Assembly: GCA_965644295.1 (NCBI GenBank)
Contig: CBFFRP010000097.1
Coordinates: 1 to 64,000, forward strand
Source of the DNA: Paraphysomonas bandaiensis
Lineage: Eukaryota; Protista; Chrysophyceae
DNA: 64,000 bases
Direction of reading: 5' to 3'
The position numbers were made by a program, and so were the translations under genes. The notes under the pieces were generated by a model. That model had not been told where the DNA came from and did no database searches. It saw only the letters and a program-made list of their open reading frames with translations. Shown here piece after piece: positions 49,411 through 62,607 of this stretch (the stretch's first letter is position 1; the number at the start of each line of letters is the position of its first letter).

Positions 49411-50258
49411 ATGAAGTCCACTTCAGATCATGATAGTATTAATAAAACTGAAAAAAAAACAAAGAAAAGACTTCAATCGAAGTGTGTGTCAGCTGACAGT
49501 ATGAAGAGAAGACGCATCACTGAACAGCAAATGGTACACTACTAAACATACATACATACATACATACATACATACATACATACATACATACATACATACA
49601 TACATACATACATACATACATACATACATACATACATACATACATACATACATACATACATACATACATACATACATACATACATACATAATCATAATAT
49701 TCATATTAGGGGTTCGGATATGCATGCCGTGGATCCATACCATCTCTGTTAAATGATTTGGAAGAACGTGGAGTGTTGTGTATTGCGGAGGAGACGTTTC
49801 TCGACATAGGGGCTGGTAGTGGGGATATATTACAAGATGTACAGTCAGAGTGTCGACACACATGGGGGGTTGAAATGAATCTTGAGTGGTTTGATAAAAC
49901 TCCTGAGATATGGAAGTCTCGTATAAAGTGGTGTAAACTAGAGGATGTGGATGTAGCAGAGTGCTGTGATATGGCCTCTACAAGTATAGCCTATATGTAT
50001 GATTTATGCTTGAAACGTCTTTCTCGTAGAACTTTGTCATATGAAGAAGACCCTCATTGGGCTATTCAAAATATTCTGTTAGATAGTTCGAAAATGCCTG
50101 CATTGAAGTATTTTATTAGTACATATGAGCAGGAGCATATGCAGAGTCTACATGGCAATCGATGGGTACTTGTGCACAGCAAGAAAATTCCCTGTAGTAC
50201 TGATTGCTACGTGTTTTATGTTTACGAGCGGTGTTCCGTAGACACGAATATGCAATAG
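49411..50258 (+). CDS. Class I SAM-dependent methyltransferase, divergent DOT1-like (exons 49411-49533, 49710-50258)
   Basis: ETFLDIGAGSG (motif I), WGVEMN, LEDVD, IAYMYDL, YFIS, VFYVYER. A basic N-terminal exon (KKTKKR, MKRRR) is joined by a phase-0 GT-AG intron. Confidence 0.65.
49546..49690. repeat. (TACA)n microsatellite inside the predicted methyltransferase intron
   Basis: About 145 bp perfect repeat between the donor at 49534 and the acceptor at 49709. Confidence 0.98.
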
Positions 50259-50921
50259 CAAAGACTAAGAATGTATTGATATATTTTTGTTTTCTTCATC
50301 TATCACCTATGTCATAGGCATTTGTTTCTCACGTTCTTGAAAATATTTGCACATCTAGAACACGAGGAAGGTTTTTTTGAACTGGCATCAATTAGTTAAT
50401 GTGCAAGTGGGCTATTATCACACCTAATTCACGTCAGGAGTACGAAATAATATACTGTATTAGTAATTTTAGTCTGAATACAAAAACATTTCATACTGCA
50501 CACAACCAGGCTTAGTAACAATTAACTGACAATTAACTGGTGACATTTGACCAATAGTAATAATTGCAATTATTACTCATGAATCTAAGTAATTGCCTTC
50601 AATTCTATTGCTAGATTTTAGAATAACTTTCTGAACTATAATCTCATCCTAAAGATCTGATTTTCACGCAGAAACATCAACATTTCAAGGTGTCTAGGTA
50701 TCATTCGCTTGCTAAAATCAGTCATAACGATTTCAGCTCACAAACATTGGTAGTACTATACGAATGCTTCATGCAACGACATCGTGTTGGCAGTTTGATT
50801 AGTATTTTTTTGCACTTCGGTTGTCATTAAGTACACAGTACACGAATGGCCTCGTCTTCCTCCTCCTCATATTTCTCTTCATCGAGTTCACCTTCGTGTG
50901 CAGTGCGCAGGGACATCTCTG

Positions 50922-51005
50922 ATAGTGGTACCTAACGGGATACACTTACAACGTCATTTACACTACTATACTTGCATATTTCAAAGCAGTTGAATATCTG
51001 CAATC
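50922..51005. repeat. Dispersed repeat, family C (copy 1)
   Basis: ATAGTGGT.CCTAACGG...CAACGT.ATTTA...TATACTTG.ATAT..C.AAGC.GTTGAATATCTG.AATC shared with 61959-62040. Confidence 0.75.
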
Positions 51006-51911
51006 ACTTTACATGCTATGTATCTACAACATTCTACTCAAATAAAGTATTCTACTTAAATGGAGTTGATAAATCTAGAGTGCCAGGAGCAATACTATGT
51101 TCCACGAGAATATATAGGTATATATCGTGCAGATTGATAGACAACTAATTAGGCAGGGCTAGTGTTGAGCCGTGATAGTAGGTTCACCACATACGTAATA
51201 CCTTGTGTCTTATCCACTGTCACGTATCAAAACGGACATATTGGTTTATGCGTTTATGCCTTCTCTACCCTTGCACCTTGCAGTGTCTATTCTACACTGA
51301 TAATAACTGTAAAATGATAATTGCTTTTGGTTAAATGTGTCCTTCTTCACGCTCAGTACATCATCCGTGTCGCTCCTGCATACTGTACAACGTACAACTG
51401 TTCTGTGTCTTAAATACATAGACAACCACATAGCACTGATATCTAATTGATATATACGAGTAATGCTGCCAAAGAAATCAATAAAAGGGTACGTTTCACT
51501 TTTGTTGAGTACACAATATAAAAGCACTGAGCACAAAATCTCAAGTGTTGGGACTGGAAGCCCTGAATATCCCATGAAAGAGGAGCGCCACAAAAAAAGT
51601 GGAAGGAAATTCATAAGTATGGGAGTGAGGTGATTTCATAGTCCCCTGACAAAGCTGCTGGGCTATGGAAAGCTACACTATCAATGAGTGACTGACAGTC
51701 CTTTCACAAGTTGTGATTTAAATGATTATATCATTCTTTCTGGAATGCATATTCCGACTCATTACTTAGTTTATATAGAGCACAACAGTCCGCATAATAA
51801 CTACACTCATTTTCCACCACAGGTTTCACTGTTCATGAGTTCTCTATTCTCCGGACGCATTACAAACCTATTACATCCAGTCCCAGTATAATGACTTCCA
51901 GAAGAATTCAA

Positions 51912-54833
51912 CTAGTCCCACAGTTTGATGAGCCCATCCCATCCACATGTGGCAATCCAACTGGGCTGAAGAGGATGCCATATAGCCCCCATACACGGAC
52001 CACTATCATGCGCTTGAAACTTCCTAAACGGCTGTAGAAACGTAAAGTTAGAGCCCGAACACTATGGTTTCCACCAGTACCTTAGTAGTTTTCCAATCCC
52101 AGACGTGAAGTTTCCCTTGTGCATCCCCAGATATGAGGAACTTTTCATTGGGACTAAAACCGACCTGACATGCATACCCTGAATTGCTGTGGCCTCTGAA
52201 CACCCTCCGACGGAGCTGTTTCACCTAAACATAGACGCCGGGAATGATTCCTCTACCTCAAAGCAATTTTAAAAGTATACCTTTTCCCCACATTGGTATA
52301 CTACTATCGAGTTATCCATTGACTGTCCCGCGAAATGAGTTCCAGACGGTGATAGGGTAACGGAAGGTACACTGCGTGTGAAATATATTATTCTCCTCAC
52401 TGGACAAAAGAAAAAGATATGCCACTACGAAGTGACAGACGTTGAATACAGTATACCCATTTCAAGTGTTTTGTATAAACATCATTCTACATTCAAAGCG
52501 AGCAGTAAAAACCTGTGCATGGTGGGGTCTTGAATATACTTAATAGGAACAGGTATGTCGTATTCCCATACCTATATCATTGTCGCGTCAGTATGTGAAA
52601 GACACAGCAAAGTATATACTTAAGCATTGCAACAAATGACCACATCATTATCTACTCTACAGATAGAGTTAAGTACTTACAAGAATCTTCTTATCATCAG
52701 AAGTAGACACAAATCTCCTGCCCTCATCAAAAAAAGTGATTGTGCTGCAGGGTTGCAAGTGATAGTTGTATTCTTGAACCACTCCCCCCGTCCTAGCATC
52801 CCACTACGATAATATAAATAAGGCATACTGCACGTATAGAGAAATACATAGGAGTAAAACGGACATACGAGTTTGAAAAGCACTACAACATACGACGGAT
52901 CATTGTACCTGGTATATCTTGTTATCGGATGCTGCCGCCAAGAAGATGTTGTTATCATTTGGATAAAATTTGACCTGGTAGGCCATTTTTCTATGCAGGT
53001 TATTAGATCACAGTATTGAGTGACGGATTGCACCAGTACTGCATTCAAATTACAGAAAGAGTTCGCCTACCTATTAGAAAACGTTCCTTTAACTTGACCT
53101 GTCTCAGTGTCCCAAAGCCTACAACGCCGCCAGGTTAAACAGCATGATAAATTCATATGTAACGAGGCCATTAACACATCGCATTTCTCGGTTTAGATGA
53201 AAGCCGCACCTGATGTATCTGTCAAACGCACTACTGAGGAACATCATTCCGTCATTGCTCATATGAATAGACCTGAAAGTATCATCAGAACATGTCATAC
53301 TATTGTACTCACCACACAAATGTGGCTGTGTATGGTGGGGTATCCATAAACATACCGGACGGCTTCATTGTGTCCAATGTATGTCCTCTTCACGTTACGA
53401 TCACCATAAACATCCCATATTTTACACTTTCCGTCCAGAGATGCAGACAATATCAAATGACCTGCGGCGGTTATTACTCAACGGAGCAAAAAACTACAGC
53501 GATATAGCGAATACTATGACAAATATAGTAATTAGACATTTAATACACTGAATCCTACCAGTGCCAGGAAAGAACTCAATCGCTTGAACACCCTTCGTGT
53601 GTCCAGTATATTTTTTAATACACTTTTTGGGGATAAAACACTCGTGGTCACCATCGCCGGGCCGAATACCAGAGGGAGGAGTAACCCATGACCTGCCTTG
53701 GTAGTCGAATAGTTCTCCTCCATGGAACGTACTCTTGGCCTGGTATAATCATTGGTTACAAATTAAGACGTATTAGGATTGACATAGCGGTTTATTCCGT
53801 ACAGTAAATCCCACAAATACCACCTTTAACGATATACAGCATATATATAGTACGTAAACGACAAAGTGTTGGAAAAAATATTGCGGTCAGGTAATATTCC
53901 TACCTCATTGATGTAGGACCCTCTGTTAGGTCTGGGGGGAAGAGTGTAAGAAATTTTCCTCTCGTTAACGCGCTCCCACATTTCTTCCTCCTCATCAGGT
54001 TCCACTATATGCATATTGGCAGGCAACTGAGGCTCCTCGGCTTCAGGTTTCGTATCTTCTGTAACTGTATCTTCAACAACCTCGGGTGTAACTTCTTGGA
54101 CTTCTTCGACATTTTCCTCTTCTGTTTTAGGCTCTGGGGCCCATGGACCATCCAATCCATCCCCAATTTCAGCCGCAGCATCCGCTAATTCCTGCTCACC
54201 TCGCTTCCTTTTCTCCTTTTTGGTCTTCTTCACTGCACATCGCGTGAATTAATAGAACACATACATCGACAAAACATATATTCAGAAGCTATAACATATA
54301 GATTATGCATAAAAACACAATCATATAGATTTCAGTTGTAAATCAACAATTCTTATCTAAACCCTAAAAAAATACGTGCATACAGATCATGTTCAGGGCC
54401 GTGTCGTACCTCTTACGGTCTGAGCAGTGTCGCCATTACTCTGCACATACGCTTCATAATCACCCAACACTGCATTACTACTTGAATCCATCGCAAATCC
54501 ACTTCTCTGATAAGTTTGATACTGCTCGTTGAAGGTCCAGTCCTCTATTGCTGTCTCCTCTATCTGACCCATACCCGCCTGCTTAGCACCAACAGGCGCA
54601 ACATTAAATTTAAATGGATGAGCCGGTCCATTCATTGGTGCCAATACTACATTCGCAGATGGATTATTCATAAGACTTTTCTGGTTGTGTTTAACAAGTT
54701 GAGAAGGTGCTCTCGAGGACACTGAAACTAACGGCGCAGAGCACATAGGGGCATGAATTAACTGAGACTGAGGGATTGTTGATGGGGTAGAATCTGTGTC
54801 CTCATCGCTTCCATAACCACCTATAAGATCCAT
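51912..54833 (-). CDS. CDC40: Pre-mRNA splicing factor PRP17/CDC40 (WD40), multi-exon
   Basis: [10 protein letters not shown]; [10 protein letters not shown]; [16 protein letters not shown]; YQGRSW..PP; [18 protein letters not shown]; [16 protein letters not shown]; C-terminal [10 protein letters not shown]. Confidence 0.95.
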
Positions 54834-55307
54834 GGTTTGAGATGTGTGTTTATATTGATGGGTGGAGTTAGAGGGGTGTGCTATCTAGTGACTATATATA
54901 TACATACATGCATTTAATATACAGAGTACTCATTCTGTCAATGTACTAAAATACGAACTGTACATAGGTACTCTTTAGTGAAGTACTCTATACTGATGTA
55001 CAACTACAACGTACTCATTTGGTATATCTTGCAACAGTAAAGTACGGTCACTGAGTACCAATATTGCATGAGTACCACACACCACACAGCTGTATGTTGA
55101 GCCATATACACATATACACATATACTTCTGTATTATGTACCAGTATTATCATGGTTCAAGTACAGCAGTACACAGCTTGCATCCATACGAAGTAGTATGT
55201 ATCATGTACGTGTGTATGTATGATGCACAAACAGCATATGGTTACCTTAAAGGACACCACTAAACCCGATATTTGCTTAATTTCTCATTCTTTATACTTG
55301 ATTAGAT

Positions 55308-56831
55308 ATGAGTGTAGCGGCATATACTCGTGTTGTTATTCTATTAGTCCTAGTAGACACATACAGCTGCATGTTAATACATACTGTAGATAGCATACAA
55401 CACATTGGAGCAGATACACATACAGGAAGACTCAGAGAGAATTGGATATTGGTTTCAGATAAATGTAATCTTGATGCTTTGATAGAGGTAGAGCCTTATG
55501 TTAGCGTTGGTGTGATGTCCACAGAAGTGGAGAGTATATGGAACACTGAACAGAATTGCTGTTTTGCTGTGAAATTAGTAATGGGCACATCTGTTAGTAT
55601 GATTGGGACATTGTTGAATCAGTATATCTACAACGAGTGTGTTTATGAAAAATCTGGAACTCAGACTTTCGAAAATTGGATGATGAGAATGTTAAGAGTG
55701 GAAATAACGTGGTATTGTTTCGACAATGAGTTTAGTATGGTGCATATTTACTGGAGAGATGACAACACATACACTCCACCGCATACGTTATATGAGTCTG
55801 GCAGTTATATGGGCACTAAAGTAGTATCCCTACATTGCGACCCTCTCGGTCGCCGAATATATGGTCCTGACTCTGACGATGACGTGGCTATTAGTGGTCA
55901 CGTAGAAGTAGGCCATGTGTTCGATGTATATAGTGATTTAGGGAAATGGTTGGGAAACTACACATTTACACACGATACGGTGGTTGTTGTTGGAGGCTAT
56001 TCTACTATTGGTGATCCCGTTTCACCCGTAGAGCCGACTTCTGTACCTTCAGTGCAAAACATACATGAAACTCTAGTGGACGAGTACAGGACGGTACGAA
56101 ACGTAATGAGGTGGTTTACGGAGACAGGATTCAGTAAAATACAACTGCCTGAGGCTTTATGGTCCTCTATTGACTCTTACTACTTTAATAATCGGAATAG
56201 GACGGTCGTGGAACAATGGGAAGGAGGCAGCATGTTCAACTGGTGGGAAGCTCGTAGTCATTTGGTAGAGATTCCTTTTTCGCTGCGGGAATTGTGGACT
56301 AGTGAAGTACAGGCTTTAGTTAGTGACTGGATTAATAATGATTTCCCCCTTGAAGGCACATCATTGTACGGTATACGACTGTATGAAAACAATTCTCGAC
56401 TGCTGATGCATGGTGACACAATGGCCACGCATGCGTTGTCAGTTATCATAAATGTAGATCAGCAGGACTTACTCGAACCGTGGCCTTTACAGATTGTTGA
56501 TCATTCCGGTATGGTTCATGAGGTTGACTTGCAGCCGGGTGAGCTACTATTTTATGAGTCAGCTAAGTGTCTGCATGGTCGGATGAAACCGTTGCGAGGT
56601 CGTTTACATGCAGGTTTGTTCATACACTATCGGCCCATCGGCGACCCGATGTGGTACACGCGTGACTACCTATCACCACGGAAGATGTCTGCTGACAACA
56701 GTAATGGAGATGAATCTGTCGCACGTAGTGACATGGTATGCCTGGAAGCTACATGTGAAACAGATGAAACCTATTTGAAGTGTGCGGATGATGTGTTTTC
56801 ATTGTGGAAATCGTTCGGTGAAAGTGCATAG
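55308..56831 (+). CDS. Secretory-pathway 2OG-Fe(II) dioxygenase (prolyl-hydroxylase-like)
   Basis: Signal peptide; YGIRLY..NSRLLMHGD...HALSVIINVDQ, WPLQIVDH.G..HEV.LQPGELLFYESAKCLHGR (HxD...H). Confidence 0.82.
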   Translation: MSVAAYTRVVILLVLVDTYSCMLIHTVDSIQHIGADTHTGRLRENWILVSDKCNLDALIEVEPYVSVGVMSTEVESIWNTEQNCCFAVKLVMGTSVSMIGTLLNQYIYNECVYEKSGTQTFENWMMRMLRVEITWYCFDNEFSMVHIYWRDDNTYTPPHTLYESGSYMGTKVVSLHCDPLGRRIYGPDSDDDVAISGHVEVGHVFDVYSDLGKWLGNYTFTHDTVVVVGGYSTIGDPVSPVEPTSVPSVQNIHETLVDEYRTVRNVMRWFTETGFSKIQLPEALWSSIDSYYFNNRNRTVVEQWEGGSMFNWWEARSHLVEIPFSLRELWTSEVQALVSDWINNDFPLEGTSLYGIRLYENNSRLLMHGDTMATHALSVIINVDQQDLLEPWPLQIVDHSGMVHEVDLQPGELLFYESAKCLHGRMKPLRGRLHAGLFIHYRPIGDPMWYTRDYLSPRKMSADNSNGDESVARSDMVCLEATCETDETYLKCADDVFSLWKSFGESA

Positions 56832-56936
56832 AAAAAATGTAAACTTTGTACATTTTATGCTTTATGATATTTTTTCGATTTTTAGAGTTGATTATAGTTT
56901 CTGCCTGACTTAATGCAGAAACAAGAGTATAGGAAG

Positions 56937-57658
56937 CAGGGCTGCGTAGCTATTAATTGATGCAGGTTGTAGTCAATGCAATTATTATTTTTTGTCCCAA
57001 TTAATTGATTCTAAACTACGTAGCCTAGTAGCTATTAGCTATGTATTAGCTGCCAGCATCGTTTGTTCGACTGTTATTTTATCCCAGAGGTGAAGCTTCA
57101 AAAATATAAAAACGAATAGATCTAAATATAGAAGAGTCATACTCTTGCGCAAATCAGTCGTAAGAATCTTAGGTTTGCTGCCTTTCAACCTTACCGGATG
57201 TGACATGCAAGTACTTTATACTGCGGTAACGAGTTTGCTTGCGAAGACGTGCTCGCTTCCGCTACCTATATCCATCCATTCTGAACTAGATCCTCACCAC
57301 AACTAAAGTAATTCAATAAAATATTTTAAATTTTTCCTTTTTTCCGAGCTGATGTTCATCTTCACAAAGATGATGGAAGTAAAAAACTGCAGAAGCAGAA
57401 CCTTTAACTAGTAATATGCAATTTCTGTTTCTTATGACTATGTATAGATAATCTGTATTGTAACTGAAATATGAAAAAACAACTTCAATAGATCTTGCCA
57501 GTATCAAAGTGATGGTATTACGGTATTACTAATATTTCGATTCATTGCAATTCATTAACAATTAACGAATCAGGTTGTAGTCAATTCAAACTGTCATTAT
57601 TACTTACTGTCCCAATTTCAATAATTGGCAATTGATCGGTGCGCAGTGCGCAGCCCTG
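56937..57658. mobile_element. hAT-type non-autonomous element (722 bp)
   Basis: TIR CAGGGCTGCG/CGCAGCCCTG, near-perfect 8-bp TSD ATAGGAAG/ATAGGGAG, and internal repeat CAGGTTGTAGTCAAT...TGTCCCAATT near both ends. Confidence 0.8.
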
Positions 57659-57843
57659 ATAGGGAGTAATTGATTGCTATAAGTACACAGTACACAGTAT
57701 AATTGCGCTAAATACAATTTAGAGGTGAGGTAATTTTTTGGCTAACTATCCAGAAGTATGAACGATATAGGACAGCGTCGTTGTAAATGAAACTGCTAGA
57801 GTAGTATTCTTTGCAAAGTGAGTAATCAACAACTAGATAGGAT

Positions 57844-58630
57844 TCAAGAAACCATATGAGATACGTCGTCGTCATGAACACATTTAACTCTCGGACCAAT
57901 ACTAAGGGCACTGAATTCTGCTACACACCCTTTTTGAGCGTTTGGACAAGCGGCGAATGGTCCAATCCTCCATGGTTTCTCATCATGGGAACCAGTAACT
58001 TCTTCGGCGCTTAAGTCATCTCCGATGTGTGTAGCTTTCGCTGACAGATGCGCGATACGAATGAACTGGAAATCTTCAGAGCCTAATGGGGCAGCTTCCA
58101 CAACAACGCTCGAAGACTGTATGACTTTGTGAAGTCGTAAGCGAGCGCCACAGCTTGACCATGGCTGTGTAGACCAGTCGCTGAAAACATTGCACACGAC
58201 AACAGATAGACGAGGAGTGCCATCGCAGTACTCAATGCCACACTTTAGCCAGTGAGAATTGTCTATATACACCATTAGACCTGCCTATACTTGGGTTAGT
58301 GGAGGTTAATACATCACATTACAATTCATACTGCACCTGGTCGAACTGCGTTTGTGGAGTGTACTGAAAGTCTATAGCTACAGTGCTTTCATCCTCTGCT
58401 GGTATCGTATATACATATGCACTAGCATCGTGCTTAATAAGAAGCGGAGTATAAAATGTTCGAGCCCAGAAATCTTTGAAGGCTGGTGGTTTCAGAGTCA
58501 TCCTATCTGATGATATGGTAAAGTCTCCTCCAGACCCCTCTGTTTCACCATCCCCTCTATTCGATGCCCACTCCTTTGGATGATTAAGCCACTCAAATCC
58601 TGTAGATGTGAAGGTATTGATTGTAGTCAT
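57844..58630 (-). CDS. DUF1349 / Ree1-like beta-sandwich protein (2 exons)
   Basis: FEWLNHP, KDFWARTFY, QFDQ|AGLMVYIDNSHWLKCGIEYCDGTPRLSVVV..FSDWS, IGPFAACP. Confidence 0.88.
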
Positions 58631-59283
58631 CTGAAAGTCTTTCTTTTAATGTTGTCGATTGTATTTGATGAGCTCTATAGTGCTCGTGCAATATAAAGTA
58701 AAGGGATAGATAGATACGTCAGAGAATATCAGATTTCTAGAGGTCGATTACAAAATTTCCAGTGTTTTTTGATTAAAAATATATAATTTCTAGATTTCCA
58801 CGAGCTGTAACAATGTATCTTGAAGCAGTATGTCGTACTTATGAATATGAAAGTAGCCTTTTTTCCAAGAAAATTCAAAATTCTGAACCCTATATTATAA
58901 ATTCCCTTAATTTACTCACTGAACTCAAGATTTTCATGATTTTTATATAAAGACCTCATATTCTACTTCGTGAAAATCGAAGTTCTACTCTCTACAATAT
59001 CACAGCAACAGTTAAACCAATCAAAAACACGAAAAAGATTATGAGGCTAATTGATTTGTTATCTCATGGAATTTTTCTATGCATATTTCCACCACCACGA
59101 ATTCTATATATTAACAACACACACAGGCACAGGATCATACATACATACATGGAGCTATCAGTCATCATACTGCTGCATGGAGTGAGTGAGTATGTATATA
59201 TATATCTCATTAATTAGTCTAGTCCTACCCTCTACTATGACTGTCTTTCACTGATAGTATCAGCCGTATAGTTCTATTAGATT

Positions 59284-61226
59284 ATGAGATTATTACTAAC
59301 AGTGATACTGACTGTTATATTAACGGGATGCAGTGGTACTATAAGACGAAGTTTCCCATTGAAATCATCTACTCGACCTCATTCAAGTTTATTTCATGGC
59401 TCTAAAGTGAAACGTATTGATGATGAGTTGACTGCTGTTGCCGCTCATAATAAACGTGTTGACTTCTTTTCGCAATCTCAGAAAATTGTGTCTAACAGCA
59501 ACTCTGTTACGCTTCCATGGTACACTAAAGTGTTTCCGGTAAAGACGAATGAGCTCCCAAAGTTTATAACCCTCAGTTCAATGATGTTTTGGATCATTTT
59601 TATATTCACTATGTCTCGTGATACAAAAGATACGCTGATAGTAACGTCGTGTGGGGCAGAAGCAATTACATTTCTGAAGGTTTCTAATATTTTCGTTCAC
59701 TGAAGTATTGTTATATATGTGTGTAGGTATATGGAGTTGTTCCTGCAGCTGCGGCATTCATGTTGGCTTATGCCAAACTTGCGAATACACTCAATCAACA
59801 GGTAAGAGGCATTCTATTCTGTACCTTATTACCAATTGAAAATTTATTCTACATATACAGACTTTGTTCTATGTTACGCTGGCACCATTCTTTCTATTTT
59901 ACCTGTTGTTTTCATTTGTGTTGTATCCAATGAGAGATGTTATCCACCCGATGCATCTAGCGCTGCCGCCGGGTGGGTTGTCATATGCAGTAAATCTTAT
60001 TCGGCACTGGAGTTTCTCTCTGTATTATATCGTCACAGAGTTGTGGGGGAGCGCCGGAGTACCACTCCTTTTTTGGTCATGCGCTAATAGTGTGGTAGAT
60101 CTTGAACAGTCCCGTCGCATATATCCACTTCTTGCACTTATAGGCAATATTGGGCCAGTGTTTAGCGGTGTTGTTATGTCGACAGTAACGGAAATGGTGC
60201 GTGCGCGAGTATCTGATGAAAGCAGAGTATTCGAGATCTCTTTGAAGATTCTCACATCTCTCATGACGACGGCAGCAGGCATTGTAGCTAGTCTTCATTG
60301 GTACGTTCAGAGACTTCGGACGAGAGAAGCTATACCCACTGTTCCAGATAGTATGCCTTCTACTAACACGACTGGTAACACTAATACACTCGTTCAATCA
60401 CACTATATTGACTAAAACTGCTAGGTATAGAAAGTTTGCCGACGAAGAAACCTAAACTATCTGCCATTGAATCACTACGCGTGCTGCTTTCGGATAAATA
60501 CCTCAGAGATATAGGCACCATGGTAATATGCTACGGACTAAGCATCGAGTTCACTGAAATTATATGGAAAGCAGCTGTTCGTAGAGGTATAATTTTTATT
60601 TTAGTGGTGCTGCTCGGTGTTAATTTTTCTTTCAGCTTTTCCGTCCAACTCCGACTATCTTGCATTCATGGGTAGATATTCTGCATCAGTAGGAATACTT
60701 GCATCCGTAATGATGCTTGTCGGTGCGAATATTACCTCTCGGTTTGGATGGCGGGTGACCGCTCTTACAACGCCTGTGATGATGGGCTTATTGGCAATAC
60801 CGTTCTTTGGGATTCTGATATTGAAAGGAGTACAATCACGGGAAGCTTTAATGATTGCTGTATATACGGGTTTAGCACAGAATGCCATGTCAAAGGTACT
60901 AAGTCAACATTAACTCTATTGTACACTAAAAGAATTCTCAGGCAATCAAATATGCAGTGTTTGATCCTTCTAAAGAAATGTGTTATATTCCGCTAGATAA
61001 AGAAGCCAAGACGAAAGGCAAGGCTGCAATTGATGTGCTAGGTGCTAGACTTGGTAAATCGGGTGGTGCTCTTTCTCAGCAATTGCTTGTTTTGTTGTTC
61101 GGAAGTATTGTTAGAGGCGCCCCTGTACTGTCTGTTCTATTTGGAATGGTCATATCGATATGGATTGGCGCTGTTAACTCTTTGAGTCCAGCGTTTAATA
61201 TGCGATCACTGCAGCAAAATTTCTAA
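59284..61226 (+). CDS. TLC/NTT-family ATP/ADP (nucleotide) transporter with N-terminal signal peptide, probably plastid-associated, multi-exon
   Basis: ELPKF..LSSMMF, RDTKDTLIVTSCGAEAITFLKVYGV, ELWGS, RRIYPL, KYAVFDPSKEMCYIPLD, KGKAAIDVLGARLGKSGGAL.QQ. Confidence 0.93.
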
Positions 61227-61958
61227 GTTTACTAGAGAGTTAGCTTGTACATATGAACGTCTATTTTATATTTTACAGTAATAGATTTTATGGCGATTTC
61301 GTCTAATAAATTTAAGATTTTTGATGAACATATATATTAGCTACTCCAGATTGGTTATAACTCCCTGTGCTCGTAGTAGTGGCTGTCAAGAATTCACTGA
61401 TGACGATTACATCTATAAAGTTAACTTAACTTATAGTTGCTAGAACTCAGTGACTACATATTGTTACATATATCCTGTTCTTGTATAACAAACCGAGGCA
61501 GAGCACATTGTATACTCATTCTTATTTTTTGATACATTACATCGAAGATAGTGTAGAAGTCTAGAGTCTAGAATATGTAAACGTAGCAAAATGGGTAGTT
61601 TACTGAGTGCTTATGGTACAAGGATAGAGGTCAGGGTGTGAGATATTTGATGGAAATAACTGATACAAGGATACAAAACTGAACATAGATTATACTTAGA
61701 TTATAAGTTAGAAAGATAAAGTAACATATAAGAAACTTATGATCAATATCATAAAAAAACTAGCTCTGCTAAACAACATCTCACAATCAATAATGGCAGT
61801 GCAATACAAATGATTCATGCAATGATTTCTCTAAGTAAACGGACAATTGTCTGTAAACGGACTACCCTCTTTGAATTGATTCATCTTCTTCGCCTGCAGA
61901 TACATACTGAATTGTATTACTGCACACACACACTACTGTTCATAATATAGCGACAATA

Positions 61959-62040
61959 ATAGTGGTCCCTAACGGACACACAACGTTATTTATACCACTA
62001 TTATACTTGAATATATCGAAGCCGTTGAATATCTGTAATC
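61959..62040. repeat. Dispersed repeat, family C (copy 2)
   Basis: Collinear with 50922-51005. Confidence 0.75.
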
Positions 62041-62607
62041 TGTAATAAGCTTATGCTATTCATCACAGTTTGTTCTTTTCTCAAATATCTTTGGCACGTA
62101 TGTGACTTAACGTTATTACTCATAGGTTAAACTTTATACTGACCTTTGTACTCTCACACTCTCACTCAAATATGATTTATAATAATACAGTGACTGTTCA
62201 CATACATACTAGTTCTTCTATGCTAACAGAGAATGGGTTTGTATCTTTGAGCAGTAGCTGTACAGCTTTAAGTTGCTATATAATTATAAGTCAGACGATT
62301 AGTTTTAATTTATAGGCGACATTTTTACCTGTAATCGCATATTAGATATGACTTATACCGACATATAAGAGAGCTGTTGGATTCTGGATAAGAAAAACGA
62401 AGTTTTAGAATTTAGTGCTAACATAATATTACTTATTTACGAATAAATTTATAATTGACTCCAAAATTCTCTACATCCTTCTCTTCGTCCTCATAAGAGG
62501 GATATCAAAACTCAAAAAATTTGATCACCCTAGTGTCGTATATGTGTTAATACACAACATAAGTTTTCAAAGCCATACTTCATTCAGCTTCTACTTCGAA
62601 TAAATAT

